In this document: in pieces, positions 58,330 to 64,000 of the stretch
How positions within the stretch are numbered: position 1 is the first letter of the stretch
Layout: the number at the start of each line of letters is the position of its first letter
DNA from: the human T2T-CHM13v2.0 reference genome, Homo sapiens
Strand: one strand, 5' to 3'
DNA: 64,000 bases
Assembly (NCBI RefSeq): GCF_009914755.1
Contig: NC_060929.1
Made by a program: the position numbers and the translations under genes
Notes under the pieces: model-generated
Told to the model about the DNA's origin: nothing
The model's input: only the letters and a program-made list of their open reading frames with translations
The model's database searches: none

Positions 58330-58800
58330 GAATGCTGTGTTTATATGTCTGGCTACTGCTTCCCAATAGGCCATGATGTTACTAGGCAGGTGTAACAGCT
58401 CAGCACACAGTATATTCCTGGGCATGCTTTATGAAATTATTAAGTTGGAGGGTGAGGAAAAAAGAAGAACTTTATCTTCTTGGGTCCCCTTTCCTTCTCT
58501 TTCCCACTGGTCAAAGCTTTCCCCACAGGGAATTAGCACTCCATCAATTCCAAGTTACATCATTCTGTCCCTTTGCACGCCAAACTCTTTGATGCAGAAG
58601 ATGGTGTGTCAGATCTCATGTCCTGCGATGAGACATTCCATTAAAATCCAGAAGCAGAGGGAAAGGATGAAAACTCCAGGAACGCAGCTCGTCTGCCTAG
58701 CTGTGTGGCAACTGCCAAGGGAGAGAGGTGATGCTGACAGAGGGAATGCTTTGTTGGGCCCCAGTGGCAGCATCGCTGTCCAGAATGGGAGAACCACAGA
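58330..58800 (-). mobile_element. Probable old ERVL-type LTR (family uncertain)
   Basis: GC-richer block with CCCACTGGTCAAAG...CCCCACAGGGAATTA, ending ...ACCACA; weak recognition. Confidence 0.35.
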
Positions 58801-59009
58801 AGTCTGCAAATGATAATAACTTTTTTTTTTGTATGATACACTACATTTGAGAATTGGTGCTTTAGAGTTTAATTTATCTCTGGAGTCTGGACTAACTTCA
58901 AAGTCAAAAGATCCTCATGCCAAATAGCATTGCCCCGTATAACTTCTACAAAAGTCTTAAGGCATAACAGGTTTCCTAAACCTTCATTATAGGCTGTATT
59001 GTTGGCAGA

Positions 59010-59210
59010 CAGTGGATCACACTGGTTTAGTACAGGATTTTGGTTTCACACAAAATGAGACTTGAATCTGGGCTGTGCTGTTGTTTATCTTTGTCACTCT
59101 GGGCAAGCCATTTTTTAACCCAGCCTCAATTACATATATATATATTTTTTCACTAAAAATATGAAAGTATTAACAATGTTTTTCTTTAAGGCTTGGGGAG
59201 GATGGTATCT
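59010..59210 (+). mobile_element. MIR
   Basis: CTTGAATCTGGGCTGTGC...CTCTGGGCAAGCCA...GCCTCAATT. Confidence 0.55.
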
Positions 59211-60627
59211 GACAGTCTGTTTAATGAATTTGGTATACAATTTTTTGTCAGATATAACTATGCCATTCACTTCCGCCTTCTTTCTTGAAGATAATTTCTA
59301 AAATTTCAATAGCTTTGCTTGTCAAGTGGATCATGCTTCAACAGTCTGGAGGGCCACAGTGAGTGGGGAATTTCTGGGTTTTGTCTTGTTCTCTGGTCTA
59401 GGTAGGTCAGAAGAGACCACACAACTCCCAGACCAATTCCACTTTGAAAAATGCAAAGTACTGAACACATTTTGCTTTCCCTGGGGAAAAGTCTCAGGTA
59501 ACATATGAGAATGTTGAAATAACACCACACCCACCTCTTACCAGAGCAGCTAATTTAAAATCACTTGCAATCTGGGAGAATTTGTCTCAATATCTTCTTG
59601 TAAGAACCTACGGCTAACTGTTTGGTGAAAGGTTTCTTGAGAATAGGATCTTATCCAAGGCTTGTGACAGTGGTAACTTAGAATGAGGCTACAGAGATCT
59701 AATTAAAAGGTGATTTCCTAACATATGGAGTGCCTATGTGAAATCAAGAGAGTTTTCTGTGCTGGGGGAGAGGCTGACCCTGTAAATTCTTATGACATTA
59801 GGCTTAAATCTTAGCTGCTAAACACCTTTCAAATATTTATCTCTTCCCAAGTAAATGTACTCCCTGTAAATCTCTATTTGTTGACTTTTATCCCAGTTGG
59901 ATCGACTTTGGGGACTGTATCACTGAGACCTGTGCATTAAGTGGTACATATGTTGAATAAACAGCCAGACAGCTACCAACTGTCAAGCTGCTTTACTAGA
60001 GTAGAAAAAATAAGCACATATGCCATGTTGAAAAGCAAAAGAAAAACAAAAGTTTATAATAGAACTAGGAAATGGTTCAGGTAAAATGCAGTCACATGCT
60101 TAGGTGCATGATTATTCTTGAACATACCATTATAATTTTTTGGAGAAGAAATGATAATCCAGGAATGATCTCAAATGTAGCATTAGATATGAAATCTCTT
60201 CTGGTGGCTCATAATTCATTAGTGAATTAATAAATGGAAAGGGACACAAGGTATGTTAATACAAGCAAAGGCTGGAATGTGTGCTCATTGAGGAAATGTA
60301 GGTTTGATTTTTTTACAAGCAGCAGATGGAAATAAGGGGACAGGTTGTTCTTTACAGGTATGGATGAAACAACAGAACACACCAGCTTTTCTGGCAAGGG
60401 GACTGGAAGTATTTATAGATAGTTTTCCATCGTGTTGCCACCATCATTGCTCTCCTTTAATACCATAATGGAACAACATTGACTATGCATCCCAGGTGGC
60501 CACCTGCAGAGCAGAAAGGATCCTGGTCACCAGCAATTGATTTGTGCAGAAGACATAGTAGCCCTGTTATTTTAAAGGTTGTCTCAGCTTATTTTGGTAA
60601 GGCAATAAACTGAAGTTATAATCATGA

Positions 60628-61077
60628 GTGTCAGTTCAGGTGCTCTGGAAGCAGGTAGCAAGCAGGTTACAAGCGCAAAAAATGTACTGGAAGTAATACG
60701 CATTTGAGATAAAGAGGAGAGGGGAAAGATGATGAAAAGGCATCAAATGATAATGCAGATTTAACACTTAGAAAAGGAGCAGGGAAAGGAAGGAGAATTG
60801 GATAGGAGGGGCCTCAGAGTACAGTGTTGCCCTGGCAAAGTTTCAGCCAACTCAGTGATTGCCCTAGAGGATTCCATGATAGAAAAAAATGGCCGGGCCC
60901 TAGAAGAGTACTCTGCCATCATTGGTGAGCGCAGCCCATGGAAAATATGTGTTCTTAAATTAAATACCAGGGCAGATTCCAAAGGTGGTACAACCAAAGG
61001 TTGTTGGCTGATTGCTCTTCTGTGGCAAGTTGTCTCTTGATAGGAGAACTGAGTGGAACAGCTCTGTGGCTGAGACA
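60628..61077 (-). mobile_element. ERVL LTR16-like solo LTR
   Basis: GGAAGGAGAATTGGATAGGAGGGGCCTCAGA...AAAGTTTCAGCCAAC. Confidence 0.65.
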
Positions 61078-61334
61078 GTAGACTTTCAAAAGATGACGTT
61101 GGAGTAGACTTCTAAGGAGGAGTGACTTTCACACTTTCATTTATAATAAAAGGCAAATATGACTTGGTCAATGTGGATTCTTTTATGAGTTTATAAAAAA
61201 GCCTCAAGGTAGTAAAGCACTCTGTGTCAGCCTCTACTCATTTTCCCATCCATTCTTTTTTGCATGGTTTGGAAGCAAAATATACTAGACAGTCAGACAG
61301 AAATTTTCCTAGGGTGGAAGAACACTATCAAATT

Positions 61335-61598
61335 ATTATTTTTTAAAATTTACTTTAAGTTCTGGGATGCATGTGCAGAATGTGCAGGTTTGTTACATAG
61401 GTATACATGTGCCATGGTGGTTTGCTGCACCTATCAACCCGTCATCTAAGTTTTAAGCCCTGCATGCATTAGGTATTTGTCCTAATGCTCTCCCTCCCCT
61501 TTCCCCCCACACCCCGACAGGCCACAGTGTGTGATGTTCCCCTCCCTGTGTCCAGGTATTCTCGTTGTTCAACTCCCACTTACGAGTGAGAACATGCA
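61335..61598 (-). mobile_element. L1PA8-like 3' UTR fragment
   Basis: TTTTAAGCCCTGCATGCATTAGGTATTTGTCCTAATGC; 14-bp TSD AACACTATCAAATT at 61321-61334 and 61599-61612. Confidence 0.93.
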
Positions 61599-61896
61599 AA
61601 CACTATCAAATTCTAAGAACACAAATGCACTTTGCTGGTTTAGTGATGAAGAGTCAGGAGAACCGAAGCTGAAATCCTGGCTTTGTCACTCCCTAACTTG
61701 AAGAAATTGAGTAACTTAATTTCTCTGTGTTTCATTTTCTACATAATAAAAAAAGCAAAAAACAAACAAGCAAATAAGCCAGTATCAAACAGTATTCATT
61801 TGATGAGTGATTTTTTGAAAGATTTCCTCATTCTAGAAACTTTTATTTTTATAAGATGTTTGTTGTACTTTGTGTTAATCTTAAACACTGAGGAAA

Positions 61897-62100
61897 CCCA
61901 TCTGGCTAATTCAGGGTAACCACCCAGTTTCAAGATCCTTAATTTAATCTCATCAGCAAAGTCCCCTTTGCCATGTAAGGTGACGGAATTCATATGTTCC
62001 ACGGATTAAGACATGGCATCTTTGGAAGGCAAAGAATGTGGGCAGCCTGGAGAAGCTGGAAAAGGTAAGGAATAGCATTCTTCCCTAAAACCTCCATAAA
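61897..62100. mobile_element. Rearranged MLT1D-like LTR (minus piece 61897-62030, plus piece ~62030-62100)
   Basis: Antisense GCAAAGTCCCCTTTGCCATGTAAGGT followed by sense GAAGCTGGAAAAGGTAAGGAA. Confidence 0.75.
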
Positions 62101-62774
62101 TGTAAACAGGAATAGAAAACTAACATGCTACTCAAGCTACCTGAGTTTATTTCTCACTGTGCTAAGTTTCACTCTCCTGACAGATACAGCCGTCCTTCCT
62201 CTTATCCCTAGGTCGGGTCTGCTGATCTGAGTGACTAGCAGATGTCATATTCAATTAGCCTCCAAAGTGTCTCTTGCACAGCAATTTTTTGGCCTATCTC
62301 TACGCCTTTGCTTGTGCTCTTTCCAGTTTTAGAAATGACTCAATCATTGGCTCTGCTTTTTAAATCTCGGGTATTACTTAAGGTTTTGATAATAACCTGT
62401 GTCCTTCCTGAAGACTTTTCTACCTACTCCAACTCACTCCAAATGCTTACAACTGAGAATTCCAATTATTTAGAATCAAAGACTGGCACTTTTGCTCAAA
62501 ATGTTTCATATTAGAAATATCTCCTCCAATCCAAACAGTGTCAAACTCCTCAAGAGCAGGGACAATCTGTTATATATCTTTTGTGTCCCATTCAGCCTCA
62601 GCCAATGCTACACAGCCAGTGCCAAATCAGTGGTAAATTAGTACTTTGTTTATTGAGAAATAGTAAACATTTAAAATATAAATACCTCTGGGAGTTGATT
62701 ACATCCTTTTAGCTATCAACATTTCACTGTAGTTTATGTAATAAATGGAAGTAAATTCTTTTGTATTAATTACA

Positions 62775-63322
62775 TTTTAGTTGAAAATAAAATTGTATTT
62801 ATTTATAATGGACAACATGATGTTATGAAATATGTATACACTGGGGAATGGCTAAATTGTATTAATTAACATATGTGTTACCTCACATGCTTATCGTGTA
62901 CATACATATCACTTCAAATCTACTCTCACCAATTTTAAAGAATACACTATGTTTTTAACTACAGCCACCAAGTTGTACAATAGATCCAAAAGATCTTTTG
63001 AACTTTTTCCTCCCATCTAACTAAAAATTTGTATCATTTATCCAACATTTCTCCCTATCCCGGAGCTGTGGTCCTTGGTAACCACCATTCTATTCTCTGC
63101 TTCTAAGAGTTAACATTTTTGGATTCCATGTATGAGTGAGATTATGCAGTATTTGTTCTTTGCCTGGCTTATTTCACTGAACACAGTGTCCTCCAGGTTC
63201 AACCACGTTGTCTTTCCTTATTTTTTTTTAAGGCTGAATAGTACTCTATTGTTTATGCACATCATATTTTCTTCATTCATCCATCCAGTGATAAACCCTT
63301 AGGTTGGTTCCATATCTTGGCT
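62775..63322 (-). mobile_element. L1MA-type 3' end
   Basis: ACAACATGATGTT...ATTAACATATGTGTTACCTCACA; GGATTCCATGTATGAGTGAGATTATGCAGTATTTG. Confidence 0.85.
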
Positions 63323-63728
63323 TAGAAGGGGGACTAGTGGGCTTTCTAGGAAGCCATAAGAAGGCTTGGAAGCACTGGTCATCAGGGGAGTAGGTGGAGG
63401 CACCAGTTGGGTGGATAAAGTTAGGGAGAGGGAAAGTAGAAAGGCCAGTTTTGTCGATTTCACATTTTACCTTGACTGTCCATGTGTTTAATATATCCTT
63501 GCATTCACAGAGTCTATGTTCTGAGAAATGAGGTGGTTGATATGATCGAAACTGGAATAAAATGTATATTTCATCAAGAAACAGATGGATCTTAAGAATC
63601 TGGTAAAAAAAAGTAGAATTCGGCATAGTAAGAATGTTTGCATGTAGAAAGAGAGTATTACATTGTGGCATTTCCCATTTCTTTTTACATGTGAAATTAC
63701 AGTGAACTTATAAAAATACCCCTCTGTC

Positions 63729-64000
63729 TTTTTTTTTTTTTTTTTGAGATAGGGTCTCACTCTGTCATCCAGGCTGGAGTACAGTTGTGTGATATCAGCT
63801 CACTGCAACCTCTGCTTTCTGGGTTCAAGTGATTCTCCCGCCTCAGCCTCCCAGGTAGCTGAAATTACAGGCACACACCACCACACCTGGCTAATTTTTG
63901 TATTTTTAGTAAAGATGGAGTTTTACCTTGTTGGCCAGGCTGGTCTTGAACTCCTGACCTCAGATGATTCACCTGCCTTGGCCTCCCAAAGTGCTGGGAG
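63729..64000 (-). mobile_element. AluS-like, runs to the window edge
   Basis: Poly-T then Alu body to CCCAAAGTGCTGGGA. Confidence 0.93.

Noticed and set aside
58373-58813. 146-aa ORF
   Set aside because: No recognisable domain; overlaps a probable old LTR

Overview
AT-rich, CpG-poor primate (human-like) non-coding DNA, intergenic or deep intronic. I find no supportable protein-coding gene, RNA gene, CpG island or CRISPR-like array. The long ORFs in the track come from L1 ORF2, Alu or MaLR sequence, or are chance ORFs. Roughly half the window is nested transposable elements: old L1M, L1PA2-L1PA16, about 11 Alus, a full-length THE1C-like element, solo MLT1/MLT2/ERV LTRs, MER75, Tigger and hAT MITEs, L2 and MIR. 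Subfamily names come from recalled consensus motifs, not a RepeatMasker run, and boundaries of old elements are approximate. The main unexplained signals are: (1) a readable reverse-transcriptase relic of an L2-clade LINE that looks more like fish-type L2 than the common mammalian L2 (44.7-45.0 kb); (2) a ~540 bp fold-back with ~220 bp arms (46.0-46.5 kb); (3) an inverted duplication of an MLT2 LTR end plus its unique flank (20.7-21.6 kb); (4) an L1PA2 inserted into an Alu with a 35-bp target-site duplication; (5) a cluster of PBX-MEIS-type decamers with a CRE in repeat-poor DNA (53.7-54.1 kb); and (6) a template-switch scar (56.6 kb). I see no evidence for a new multi-gene system.
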